Shown: positions 24,313 through 36,858 of the stretch, one piece after another
How positions within the stretch are numbered: position 1 is the stretch's first letter
Layout of the letters: each line of letters opens with the position of its first letter
From: Blepharisma stoltei ATCC 30299
Taxonomy: Eukaryota; Protista; Ciliophora
Reading direction: 5' to 3'
Assembly (NCBI GenBank): GCA_965603825.1
Contig: CBFDEM010000056.1
Span: 1 to 64,000 of the forward strand
Length of the DNA: 64,000 bases
The notes under the pieces: generated by a model
Told to the model about the DNA's origin: nothing
Seen by the model: the letters and a program-made list of their open reading frames with translations, nothing else
Database searches by the model: none
Made by a program: the position numbers and the translations under genes

Positions 24313-27300
24313 ATGTCTTCTTATCCAGCCATTTCAGTTGGCACATCCAGCTACTCCACCAGCGCATACTCTGCATATGAAAAACAAGAGTATGTAGGGC
24401 TTTCTAATCAAGGTGCAACTTGCTATATGAATTCTCTATTGCAAACTCTCTACATGACTCCTGAGTTTCGTCGAGAAATTTATCGATGGAGATACGACCT
24501 TCAAAAGCATGGCGAAGAACAAGACTGCATTCCAATCCAGCTGCAAATTTTATTTGGAAAGCTACAGCTGTCAGACCAAAGCTATGTTGACACTACTGGG
24601 CTTACAAAAAGTTTCCAATGGGATATCAGGGAGAGTTTTCAACAGCATGATGTACAAGAATTTTGCCGTGTTCTTTTTGACGCAATTGAGCAAAGCGTTG
24701 AAAACACTGAACAAGCAAACGTGATTAAGCAGCTTTATGAAGGGACTTATGTTGATTATGTAAAGTGCTTAAAATGTTTACGAGAAAGCTCAAGAGAAGA
24801 CAAATTTTTAGACCTAAGTTTGACTGTGCGTAACGAATTTGACAAAATTTATAACGATTCTGTAGAAAAAGCTTTAGGAAATTATATTAGGCCTGAAGAA
24901 CTGTCAGGAGATAATCAGTATTTTTGTGAGCATTGTGGGCATAAGCAAGATGCCTTAAAAGGATTAAAATTCAAAGAGTTGCCTTATATTTTACTTTTAC
25001 AGTTAAAGCGCTTTGATTTAGATCTAGACACAATGCAAAGAATCAAATTGAACGACGAGGTCAAATTTCCCCAAGTTTTAAATATGAACCCCTTCGTCCG
25101 AGGCTCCAACGTCCACGTCCCTACCACTTTCACTGAAAAAGTCCAAGAAAAGCCTGAAGAAGAGCCACAATACGTCGAAATTAAGCCAGAAAACATTGAC
25201 AAGCTAAAGCTCCAGCATATAAAAAACACAACTTACGATATCATCAGCGAAGACGACGATAAAAACTCATTGAAGCTTGACCATGTTGCTAAAAGAAAAC
25301 ACATAGAAAAAAGAGCTGAAATAAAAAAACAGGAAAGGGCCAAGCTAATACATCAGTATCGTCAAGAAGGCGAAAACGTATATGAATTATATTCAATTAT
25401 GATTCATTCTGGGTCTGCCTTAGGCGGCCACTACTACGCTTATATAAGATCCTTTGAAAATGATCGCTGGTACAATTTCAACGACTCCAATGTAAAAGAA
25501 ATTGATGAAAAAGACATAGAAAAAGTATTTGGTGGTATCAGTAAAATTGGGTATTTCGGAGGGACTTATTCGTCGACTGCTTATTTACTTATGTATAGAA
25601 GGGTCGATGAAGCCAGAAATGTCATTAAAGTAGAAGACGCAGAGGTTCCTTCTTATGTGCTAGAAGAGCTTGAAAAAGAAAAAGAGCGTGAACTTCAAGA
25701 ATCCATGGACAGGGCTGAAAAATTAAAAAGCATGCGCTTACGCATTTTTCACAAAAATTCCGAAAAATGCGTAGAAGTCAAAAAAGATGCAACTATGCTT
25801 GAATTAAAGCTAAAAGCGATGGAAGAATTTGGGATAAAAGATGAGCCAGAAGACGTGAGAATCAGAGGGTATAGCCAATATTATGACACTTTTCAAGAAT
25901 TGTTCAATGAGACAAAAACTTTAGAAGTCCTAGGACTTTACAGTCAAAGAGTCCTTGCTTTAGAAATAAAAAACCATGGGGAAGAATTTGAAGCTTATGA
26001 CCCATTTAAGCTTACAGTCAAAATAAACCTATGAAAAGAGACCTGTGCTGATCCAGAAATTTCTTTTGAAGACAAGACCAATAACCCAGTAAAAATCCAA
26101 ATTGACAAGCGAGACACTGTCAGAAAAATGATGGAGACGTTCGAAAAAAAATTTAATATCCCTGTAGACAGGCAAAAATTATTAAAAAAAGGCTATATTG
26201 GGTCGTCAACAATGCCAGAAATTCTGTCCCAAAGAGCCTTTATGGACCAGTCTTTGACATATGCAAGGATTTTTGAAGGGACTGTTATGTATCTAGAAGA
26301 CATGGAAAATCCTGCAAATAAAGGCAAATGGCAGCTTCTGCTTGACGAGGAGGCCAGCAAGTTTATGATCAAGTTTAACAACCCAGATTTAGCTGCGAAT
26401 TCATATGGGCAATACGAATTTAAGGATTATGTGGTTCTGCACTCAAATAAAACTGTTGGGGAGCTTAAAGCGCTGATTTCTAGCAAGCTTGGGATCCCTG
26501 AATCACAGTTTATAATGAAACGTAGCAGCAAATATGGCTCAGAAATGAAGGATTTGTCTATTAAACTATCACAAGCAAATTTAGTACAAAATAGCTTGGT
26601 ATTTATAGAGCGTGGCGTTCCCAGTAAACAAGACGAACTGAGGCTTGTGTTTAATCTTGCAATACCTCCTAAAGAAAAAGATGGAGATGGGGCGATATTT
26701 TCTTATATTGAGCTTTTTGAGCTTCCTGTACAAGTTGATACAAAAATATCTGAATTGAAATCATTGGTTTGCCAGGAGATGAATACTATGTATCCATCAA
26801 TGGAAATCCAGCCTAAACTTATGAGACTTCGTGATAAACATTATGATAAGCTATCAACAGTTTTTTATGATAATGAGTCATTAAAATCTTACCATATTTT
26901 CGAAAAGAAAAGCATCGGCGTACAACTATTGACTACCCCAGACCCAGAATTCAACATGCATGACCTAATTGTAGCTGTAAGAAAATGGACCCCAAGCACA
27001 TGGGAATTATCACCACCTGAAGAAATTGTTGCCAATAAGCTGTGAAAAATCCAAGACCTCGGTTCAAAATTAAGCAAACATTACGATATCCCTGTCGCCA
27101 ATGTCGAAATCGCCAGAATTTCTTACACTGCAAATTTCGTCAGAAGTGACCTAAAAACTGAAATTTTCACAAAATCTCACAATAATTACCATTATTTGTC
27201 AAGCCAGCCTTGATATTTATCTGCTGATGGGATGCTGTTTATGTAATTTTTATTTAGTGTAAAAGATTCAGCTGAAGAAGTTAGAGATATGACAGCAGAA

Positions 27301-27459
27301 GAAAAGAGAAAATTCGCGAGTAAAAGCAACTATGGGTATTATAGCAGCTGGAAATACGAGCCGCAGAAGGAAAAAAGTGTAAAAATCACTGTGAAAAAGA
27401 AGAAAAATAATGATGAAGCTTCAAAAGAAGAAGAAACAACTGATGAAATTGTTAGTTAA
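24313..27459 (+). CDS. Ubiquitin-specific protease (peptidase C19), USP47/USP7-like, ~1,043 aa, one intron
   Basis: Cys box GLSNQGATCYMNSLLQ, QHDVQEF, His box HSGSALGGHYYAYI, FNDS. TGA read-through at 26032, 27043 and 27211. Intron 27243-27257. C-terminal EKSVKI resembles the USP7/47 tail. Confidence 0.92.
27243..27257 (+). other. 15-nt intron GTAATTTTTATTTAG
   Basis: Removal continues the frame (GMLFIVKD); A at -6. Confidence 0.85.
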
Positions 27460-27885
27460 TTCAAAATAACTTACTATGCTTTAAGTAATGTGTTTAAAAT
27501 ATTATATTTTGTCCTAAAGTCGATTTTCTACTGTAAATTTTTTCAAGATGGATATTAAAAAATAGGTTTAAAAATGTCGCTTTGAAATTTAAATAAATTT
27601 CACGTTATGATTCCACTTGCACAATAAAGAAAAGAAACAAAGATTTTTATTTAATTTTGCTTTTAATCTTTTGGAATAAAATTTCTTAAACTTGAAAATT
27701 TCTGGTGGTGACATATGCTACTGTTTCACCAAATTAACCCACCATAAAAAAGAACTTAATTGAGGTTAAAGAAACTGAAAAATAATGTATTTAATAATTA
27801 GAAAAATTTATTCATAATTAGAAAAACTTTAGGTTCACTGGTTTAAATATCTACGGCAACAACATTTTTTATATAATAATTATAG

Positions 27886-28683
27886 ATGCGCACCAAATCC
27901 AATACCAGCGAAGCTCCATCATTCCTTCAAAAAACTTATGATATGCTTAATAATTCCGAATTATCAGAAATTATTTCATGAAGTGAAGAAGGTGACGCCT
28001 TTACAATCAAAAACATAAAAGAGTTTTCATCTCAAGTCTTGCCACGATATTTCAAACATTGCAATTTTGCAAGCTTCGTAAGACAGCTCAACATGTACGA
28101 CTTCCACAAAATCAGAAGCACTGGCAACGACAACACTTTTAAACATTCGCACTTTATTAGAGACAGAATTGATCTCCTGAAAGAAATCAAAAGAAAATCT
28201 ACCGAGCCAAACTGGGCTGTAACTCCAGTAAACAACCTTACAAAGTCAGAAATGGCTCCAATTATCCAAAAAATGATCGAACTTCACAAGAAAAATACAG
28301 CCACTGAAGAACTCGTTCGGTCACTCGAAGAAAAAGTTGTTGAGCTAACCCAGGAAAGGACTATTTTAGATACCCAGCTTTGGAAAACTCAAGAAAGGGT
28401 CAGAGAAATTGAGCAGGCGATTTATATCACTGCCTCCCTCATGAAAAAAGCCGGGAAAGAGTTCCCAATGCATATTAAAGCAATCTTCAAAGAGCCACAA
28501 TTGAAAAGCATTCAGCCAGAACTTCCTCAAAAAAGAAGGAAGATTGAACAATTGAGCATTGAAGAGTTGCTGAAAGTCCCTGAAACCCCTAAAGATAGCA
28601 ATGAGAAAGAAGAAAATAGCCCTTTAAACGATGTCTCTGAGGCTTTTGACGAATCCAGCCTGGAGCATTGGTTGGAGACCTAA
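27886..28683 (+). CDS. Heat-shock-factor (HSF) family transcription factor, 265 aa
   Basis: PSFLQKTYDML...IS-W(TGA)-SEEGDAF...LPRYFKHCNFASFVRQLNMYDFHK, followed by a coiled coil. Confidence 0.95.
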
Positions 28684-28990
28684 GGGTTATGAAAAGAGAT
28701 GTCAAGCTGTTTAGATTAAATGACCCTATTTCGAAATAAAGTTAGTTGCTGACCCATCTAGGAACTTGATATTATTGTATTAAATTGTTCATAGTAACTC
28801 GGATATCGAATTTACATATCACGAAGACTTAAATAATTTAATCTTCTCTTAAATCTACACCTACAAGTTATTTTTTTTCCTTTTCATTTGTTCGAGATTT
28901 CATATTGTTTAATAAATCGCTTAATGATCGTTAAATTCAGTAAATGTAAATAGATAATTATTATCAAAAAATAACCCCCCAAATTTATAT

Positions 28991-30193
28991 ATGAATTTAA
29001 GTGAGAGCCTTGATAAACCTCGGGATACTAAAAGATCCTGTAAGAGGTCGATAAAAATACAGTTATCACTTAAAGAAAGCAAAGAATTTTCGTATTATGA
29101 TTTATATGAAGAAATAGCAGAGTCTAAAGGTTTCCTTGAAGAAACAGAATCAATGGGTTTCACCAATGAAAATAGCTATATTTATCCAGTTTTTATGCAA
29201 AGCATAATAGAAAGGTTAGAAAAATATGGCCAATTGGCTTTACAAGATGATATTGGCTTGCACTCAGCGGCCAGAAAAAAAATGAAAATCGCAGAAAATG
29301 ATGACTCTTGTGTAGATCCTTCACTGGAGTATTATGATTTAGACGATAAGTTTATAGATGACACAGAAATTCTTAATGATTATCAGGAAAGCGACTATTT
29401 ATATGAAGAAGCAAAAAAAGAAAAATTTTATGTGGAGCATGACACTACAAAAATCAAGGCAGAAATCGTAAAAGTAAGCAAAAAAAGCAAGGAAAAAAAG
29501 GAAATCAGCTATGAAAGAGATGAAACTAAAGATTTCGAGAACCTTCCTGACGACTTAAAAGAAGCAGTTATAAAGCTAAAAAGCGTTTTTTATGAAACCA
29601 GAAGAACTGGGGCTAAAGCTGTATTCCCGAAAGGGACGCTCTTTATTATGACACAAATAGAAAAACTTGCAGAAATTCATAATATCAGAATTCGGACTAT
29701 CAACAAAATTTTATCAAAAATTTGTAAAGTAAAATACGTCAGCATAAAGCATGCTATGGAAAAAATCAAATTTAAAACAGAAAAAAATAAAGCCAAAAAA
29801 GCTTATAAAACACAAAGATCAGCATTTAGCAGCCTTATGAGGTCTGAATGCAGAAAATTTGATTTTAATTGAAATGAAGAACTCAGGAAAAAATTACGAG
29901 AGGTGTTAAGGCTGCTTTCAAATTACGTGAAAATTTCTAATGAATTTGTGAATAATTATTCAAAAAATCCAAAACTTTTAAACTATGAGGACCAGGAGAA
30001 GATTTTTATTGAAAAATTGAAAACTCAATGCAGCCCGAAGCTTGCTGGGATAAATTTAAAAGAGAGAATAAGGGTCCATGCCGAAGTTAAAAAAAATGAG
30101 CCGAAATTGCCAATTTTATCAAGATTTTTTGATAAAATGCCTGATTTTAATATTTCGGATTTTTATTATGAACCTATTAATCAATTAACTTAA
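28991..30193 (+). CDS. HPC2/ubinuclein-like (HUN/HRD motif) protein, 400 aa
   Basis: IIERLEKYG...YYDLDDKFIDDTE...FYV matches the HRD motif; one TGA joins two same-frame ORFs. Confidence 0.7.
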
Positions 30194-30654
30194 TGAGAAA
30201 AATGAAAATCTACTTCATAAGTGTCGTAATGTGATAGGCTCATGCCTAACGCCGTATACACTGATTGAGCTATGTCGTTTTCTTTATCCACATATAGCCT
30301 TACCCCAGCTCCATTATTTTCTCTAGCCATTGTATAAACTGCTTGATAAAGTTGCCTAAAGACGCCTCGTCGCCTATATTGTGGCTTTACATATACAGAC
30401 TGAATCCAATAAAAATTGCCATTTCTCCAGTCACTTCATTCATAAGTAACCATTAAGCATCCGACTAATTCGTCGCCAATTTTCGCAATTAAGTAAAATC
30501 CTCTTGAAGGATTTGTTAGGACTTCTAAAACGCCTGGGTTAGCTTTTGCAGGATCTAAATTTTTTCCTTCAGTTTCCAAAGCCATTTCAATGTTAAAGTT
30601 CACAATGGTTTGGTGATCTTGAAGCTCGGCTCTGGTAATAATAATTTCTGCCAT
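30190..30654 (-). CDS. GNAT-family N-acetyltransferase, 154 aa
   Basis: Read through TGA: VTYE-W-SDWRNGNFYWIQSVYVKPQYRRRGVFRQLY...VRLYVDKENDIAQSVYTALGM. Contains the acetyl-CoA motif A; TAA at 30190-30192. Confidence 0.92.
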
Positions 30655-31235
30655 GAAAAATTATTTTGGCTTATAAAAAGAAGAGTTGTGAAGAAAATCT
30701 TGGTTTCAGATAAAATCGGAAAAATAAAGAATTTTCTAATTTGGATCAATTAATAGACAATTTACAAATAATACTTCTTATAAAGAGGCGGAGAAAATAA
30801 TATTGATGATATTATTGGAATGTTTTAATAACAAATTGTTGCAAAAAAAAAGAAATTCTGTCTTGATAAATATGAAAATTATGGAAATTAATTAAGCAAA
30901 ATTTCGAAAGCATAATGCATAGTTCAAAAGTTTAATCAATACTTTTTAAATATTTTTCTGACTATGGTAAAAGCTTAGTTCACAATTATTTGTTTATAGA
31001 TTTAAATAGCCTGAAAATAAGAATAATAAAATAGTAGTTAAATATTATTATCAATTTATTAGCTTTCATCAATTTTAAATTATTAAATTAAATTGATTTC
31101 GAGTGCTATGATAAGTCTCTATAAGCCTCTTAAAATAAATATCTCTATTTTCCAATTTGATTTTATTCCTTAATTTTAAAACTCATTATTTTCCATTAAT
31201 TCATATCGCATTCATTAACCCAATATTAAATAACC

Positions 31236-31580
31236 ATGGGCTGTTTTAGTTCGAAAAAGAAGGAAGAAGGTCATAAAGAAGGTAAAAAAGAAGAGTCAAA
31301 AGCTCCAGCTGGTCAGGATCCTACTAAGGTTCCTGCTAACCAAAAGGTAGCTGTTCAAAAATTCCCATACCATTCAGATCTAGAGGCAGGAAAGAACTAT
31401 TATTACTGTGATTGCGGAAGATCCAAGAATCAGCCTTTCTGTGATGGAAGCCATACTGGGACGCCTTTCACTCCAATTGCTTTTACCGTAAATGAAACCA
31501 AAACTTATTATATCTGCGGCTGCAAGCAGACTAAAAATGCGCCTTACTGTGATGGCACCCATAAGAAGATTGATTGGTAA
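31236..31580 (+). CDS. Tandem CDGSH iron-sulfur (CISD3/MiNT-like) protein with acylation-type N-terminus, 114 aa
   Basis: CDCGRSKNQPFCDGSH and CGCKQTKNAPYCDGTH; N-terminus MGCFSSKKK. Confidence 0.93.
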   Translation: MGCFSSKKKEEGHKEGKKEESKAPAGQDPTKVPANQKVAVQKFPYHSDLEAGKNYYYCDCGRSKNQPFCDGSHTGTPFTPIAFTVNETKTYYICGCKQTKNAPYCDGTHKKIDW

Positions 31581-31804
31581 TTTAGCCTAAATTTTAAGTA
31601 AGGTTATTATTTACTCAAAATTTTCTTTAATCTTAGAGTAATTTGAATCTTGATAGGCTTGGAGAAAGTTTTTAATTAGCCTTATAGATTTACGTAATAT
31701 GGAGCCAAATTTAATACTAAATCCTTAGAAATAAGATTTAAAATAAAATATGATTGAATTGTTTTTTCAGTTAATTTAGAATATATGCAAATTACCTTCA
31801 TAAT

Positions 31805-33670
31805 TTAGACATAACAATAAGAAATCGCTGGAAAATTTTCTTGGAAATTCTCATAGGACTCTTCATTTTCAAACTCGCTTTTATACGGGATAATTCTTGG
31901 ATGAAAAGTACAGCCATTAAGCTCTTCCAGTTCTTTCCTTTTCCTCTCTTCTTCTAATTTTCTATCAACTTTTTGTTTAAATTCCAAGCTCCTCTCATAA
32001 AATTTGTGTATAGTTTTAACTGACGACGATCTTGATTTTTGTGGGGTATTTCTGGCTGAGTTTTCTCTTTTTCCTCTAGATAAAACAACATTTCTTTCTT
32101 CAGGGGTTAAAGCCTATATAAAATTTACCTTCATAAGGTTTTCTAAGCTATCAAAAAACTCATCAAAATCCAATGTAACTTCTACCATTTCTAGCTCTTC
32201 CATGAGTGGGGATATAACTTTATATATAGCAGGATCCACTGTATGCATTTTTATAGTTTCAGCGCTGATTTCTCCATTTAAATCTGGCTTTAAATTCTGA
32301 AAAATATACAAATATCTGTCATATTTCAGCTTGCTATAAATTTCGTCAGATTTTGGGTTAAATTCTCTTTGTGACTGAAAATTTGACTGAAATTCGCTGT
32401 CTCGATTGCTTTTGCTTTGGCTATACAAATGGTCCCATATTGGAAGTTCTTTATGCCTTGTAGAAGGAGCTCTGCCAGTTATAGGTCTAAAAAACTCTTG
32501 GCCTGTGCTTGGGTCACATAGTTCATTTCTTTTGACCCTTTCTTTCCTTATATGCTCTTCTATTTCTTTTCTTGAATTTACTAGCCTATCAATTAATTCA
32601 TTCGGATCAGTCCTTTGGCTATTTAATTTTACACTTGGCTGGAATGGGAATTCTGCCTCATAACTAAATAAAGCTTACAAAGACCTCGCGATTTCTTGTT
32701 GTCTCCATTCTCGTTCTTTAGCCTCTTCATATAGTTCGCTGAATTTATTTCTTGATAAAGGCTTATATCTTTTCCTGAGAATTTTTTCTGTCATTTGGTT
32801 CAGCTCAGGGTTAAAAGTGCAAAATTCCTGCTCTCTTGACAATTTTTCGCCTTTAGCTTTTTCTATAAATTCATGCTTATGTTTTTCATGCAAATAAAAA
32901 GAATCTTCAGGCTTTTTATAGTCTCTTACTATAGATTTTGATAATTTATTTATTTCTGGATGGAAAGTTAAGGCTTTGTTGAGCTCTTCTTCTCTTTGCA
33001 GCTTTATTTTTTCACGTTGATTTGCAGCTTTTTGCTTGCTGAGCATTCCTTGGTTATATAGCCTTTCACAAGAATTGTTTCTGCCTGATCTTTCTATTGA
33101 TCTCCCTGACCTTTCTGTGGACTCTGGCCTAGTTTTTACTGTATTTTCTTGTGATGAAATTTGCTTTATTTTATTTTTTAAAGAATCATTATGTAGTCTT
33201 TCGTAAACATTTGGGACAATTTTTTTCTGCATGATTTTCCGTGATTGTTCACATATAGAAGGGTGGTTTGAAGGAGGCCGAAATAGCCGTTTATCTAGCT
33301 CCTCACTTCATTGTTTTGCATAGTCTTTTCTGCTGATTTGCTGCTTTGTTTCAGTTTCTTTTGTGTATAAGTTTGATTTTATTTGGGCTATGAGCCCTGC
33401 TTCGGTTTCTTGGGTGAGGTTGTGTTTGGTAGAAAAATTTTTGACGAGGAGGGAAATATTGTCGTTTTCGTGGACTATTATATTGTCTTTGCTGCCGTTG
33501 CCGATATCAATGGAAACTATGAGGAGTTCTGCACCTTTGGAGTTTGTTGATGGGAGGGTGTCTAAATTTAAAGTTTCAGAAAGGGCTATTGGGTTCGATT
33601 TTTGGTCTTTAGGAGAGAGAAGGCCGATATCTCTGAGAAGATCATCTGTGTTAAAAGTTTCAAAATCCAT
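31805..33670 (-). CDS. Ciliate-type coiled-coil protein with repeated (T/P)FxP motifs, 611 aa, two introns
   Basis: Same-frame ORFs joined by one TGA and introns 32664-32678 and 32114-32128. Motifs LTFHPEI, CTFNPEL, FPFQP, FFRP, CTFHPRI. Confidence 0.8.
32114..32128 (-). other. 15-nt intron GTAAATTTTATATAG
   Basis: In-frame removal; A at -6; identical to the intron at 46834-46848. Confidence 0.85.
32664..32678 (-). other. 15-nt intron GTAAGCTTTATTTAG
   Basis: Removal gives ARSFYEAEFPFQP; A at -6. Confidence 0.85.
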
Positions 33671-33699
33671 TTAAAATGGCAATTCATAATATAAATTCA

Positions 33700-33951
33700 A
33701 TATAGATTAATTGTATTTTTATTCAATTTTTTTAGATTTTTGATCTTGTTTTGCATGAAAGGCAAAACAGCACTTTTTTATTGTAGATAAGGATCACCAA
33801 GGAGCTTTGGGAAATCCTGCTTGCCAGGTGAATTTAGTAAATAGTTCCTAAGTAGTCGCCACAGAAAAGTTCATAAGGATGGGTTTTTGCAATAGCATTT
33901 CACTTTTGCTTTTACTTAACGTATTCCAAACTTATATGTGATGCTGCTCAA
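33700..33951 (-). pseudogene. Degraded 5' relic of the Zn-finger/coiled-coil gene family at 36859 and 38929
   Basis: Manual translation VKCYCKNPSL..CGDYLG..LNSPGKQDFPKLLGDPYLQ*KSAVLPFMQNKIKNL aligns to AKCLCKTPALMLCAEHFGKHLVNSKGNHNFEKLFYDPYRQAKIDVLLYMKSKVEDL. Start decayed to TTG; TAA stops and frameshifts present. Confidence 0.75.
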
Positions 33952-34492
33952 TTTTTTAATTATTAGTAAATTTAATCTTTTAGAGTAATTTCGCATACTT
34001 TATTATGTAAATTGCACTAGATCAATTATTTATATAAATTGAGTGTTGGATGCCAAATTTCTAGATTGCTGATTATTTTTATAGTTAATATCAATTTGCC
34101 CTAAATTTACTTATATTAAGAGTTATAAGACTGAAATTAGGCTCAATTAGTTGCATTTATTTTTAAATATAAAATATTGATTTCACGAATCCAAACTTTC
34201 ATCAACTTACAATAGAGTTATTTATGCAGTAATTAAAAACTAAAATTCCAAACTTTTTTCAGCTCGAAATAGAAGCGCCTTTGAATAGGTGACTTTCAGA
34301 GTCTCACAAGCCCAAAGAACTCTTATCAAGAAAATAGGCTACTGGATTAATAAATCAAATCAAAAAAATGGCTATTTATATAAATTTAATTAATTCAGTT
34401 TGGCGTTTTTTCTTAAGAATTAGCTAAATATAACAGATTCCATTTTTTGGAGAATTTTATAGACAGGCTCAGTAATTGCTATTAAGAAATTA

Positions 34493-35344
34493 TTAACTGC
34501 TGATCTTTGATACCCATCCTCTGCCTGCTTCAAACCCATTTCTGTAGTTTCTGGCGTCATCAAAGGCTTGTTTTACTTCTTCACGAGTGTTCATAACAAA
34601 TTATCCATATTGCGCTACAGGCTCACCTATTGGTCTTCCAGCCATCAAAGCAAATTTGGCTCCTTTTGCTACTTTCTACCCTTAATTCTCCATTTTGAGT
34701 TAAAATTCCAGCTTGAAACCTCGTTATTTTTGTATTTCCTATTGAGACAGTTCCATTGAGAACATAAACAATTGCGTTCCACCCATCAGGGATTTCTTGG
34801 TTAAGGGTTTTTCCTCTTCCCAGCTCAACTATAAGAAAATAATTAGGTGTTCTTGTTATTGTTCTTGCAGTTTCTCCAAGACAAGTCCCTGCTATAATAG
34901 TGACTTTGACCCCATCCCCTTCTGCTTTTAAAAGTTCTGATTCATCAGCTTCTTGGTAGCTTGGTTCACACATCTTATCCCTTCTGCTTAAGTTTACCCA
35001 AAGCTGCAGGCCTTCTATGCTTTCAGTCTCAAGCATCTCACAATGCATAATTCCTTTGCCAGCTGTCATCCATTGTACGGAGCCTTGATTAATTTTTCCT
35101 TCATAGCCATTGAATCTTCATGTTTAGAAGACCCTGCAATCATATAAGTCACTGTTTCAAAGCCTCTGCGAGGGTGATCTGGGAAGGCTGCAGGCTTATA
35201 AATTAAAAAGTGGTCCACTATGAGAAAAGGGTCTAGGTATTTCAACTGATCACCACCTATTGCTCATATTAGACGGGTTCCATAGCCTTCTGAGTGTTCT
35301 TGAGGATTTATAACTCTTGAAATGGTCCGGAGAGTTCTGAGCAT
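34493..35344 (-). pseudogene. Pirin (bicupin) pseudogene
   Basis: LDPFL, FPDHP(R)RGFETVTY, HED, VQWMTAGKGIMHCEM, GLQLWVNL, EPVAQYG*FVMNT, NGFE. Frameshifts near 35114 and 34665, in-frame TAA at 34601-34603 replacing the Pro of GPFVMN, and His->Arg in the HPH motif. Confidence 0.85.
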
Positions 35345-36204
35345 ATTTTTATTTTTTCTCCAAAAGAGAGATTGAATATCTGGACACATTTGGGAGCGGA
35401 TAAAAGAGATTAAGAAGAGAAATAAGAGGATTAGCATTATTTTTTTAAAGTAGTGAATATTAGATTTACAAAATATCCTTAAAGCTGATAAAATACTTAA
35501 CCTGCCAAAACTGGAAAATGAATAAGCGAGTCCTTTTGAAATTTTTATTCTCAGATTTATTAAAAAGCTAGAAAAGAGTTTAATTCATATGGCCAAATGG
35601 TTTGTTTCCTATAAAGAAGAGAAAGTGAGCTCGACACAGCAAATAATATGCTTATTCTACTAATTAATCTATAATCACAAGCAAAAGAGAATGAGAAGCA
35701 TTAATCTAATCAGTCATCTCCCATTCATAGTGCCACTATTAGAACCGCATTCAGCAATTTCTATTTATCTTATCATAATGCAGATAATAGCAAAAACAAT
35801 TATGAATTCAAGTTATAAGAAAATGACTTTTTATTTAATATTTTACAATCAATTCGCTTTTATAAGTTCTAAAATTACATAATAGTTAAAACTTAATGAA
35901 AGTAGCCATATGGCCAAAAGATATAGTAACATAAAAATTGGTAGCTTATACATTTAAAACAGGCACATGGGTTCTTACTAATTTCAGCTCTAGTAAACTT
36001 ACTTTGGATATTGAGCATAATAATTTACCTATAGGCTAACTGTATCTTGGCTGTGGCTTCTTCTTTATATAATAAACTATTTTTATTTGCCTTTTAGTAT
36101 GCTAAATTTGAATACAAAACAACAGCTAATTATATTTTAAATCATTTTTGCAACTGAATGACGTACATAAAAAATATACGATATATATAATCGTTAATTA
36201 ATTC

Positions 36205-36530
36205 TAATTGGACCTAGAAGATTTCTGAAATTATTGTTTCACATGGAGTTTTATTTAATTTTGATTTTTATTTTACTATAGATATCAGTCTCACGTAGCT
36301 TTAATGTGCCTTTGTTGGTATTTTCTAATATCCCTGCTAGTTACTATTTGGGATGATCTGAATAGACATCAAAAGCCCCCATATATAGATGATATACAGA
36401 TGAGAAGTTTATTTATGATAGAATTTTTAAATTTATTATAAAGAAGTTTCAATTATAATCAATTTTCCTTAAATTACGTAGAATAATTAATGCAAATAGC
36501 TTTACAGATTTATAGTTATCTCTATAAATC
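36205..36530. mobile_element. 326-bp TA-bounded IES-like insertion present only in duplication copy 1
   Basis: Flanked by direct repeat TCTAA (36203-36207 and 36529-36533); copy 2 has a single TCTA at the equivalent site (~38572). The indel is seen directly; IES/mobile identity is inference. Confidence 0.45.
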
Positions 36531-36858
36531 TAACTCAACTATTTTTCTTTATTAAATGAGAAGGCACCTTTTATTACCGAATCTTTAATATTTTTCTAAA
36601 TCTAAAATTTGGCACATTCTGTTTTATGAGTTTCTGGCCAAACTCCAACTCATATTGCCTTTTCAAATAGAGAGTAAAATATTAGTATAAAATATTTAGA
36701 ATAAAAATTGCACAATTATATGACCTTATCTTGCACGCTTTAAATTTTTATATACATGCCAATTATATTATAGCAAATGGCTCCAATATTCTAAAATATC
36801 GAACAAGTTCTTATAGTATCTTTATTATTTAAGAAAAAAAGGAAAGATGCATTTAAAA

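Noticed and set aside
34493-35344. Euplotes-style programmed frameshifting in pirin
   Set aside because: Shift sites are not AAA-TAR, and there is also a premature stop and a ligand substitution.
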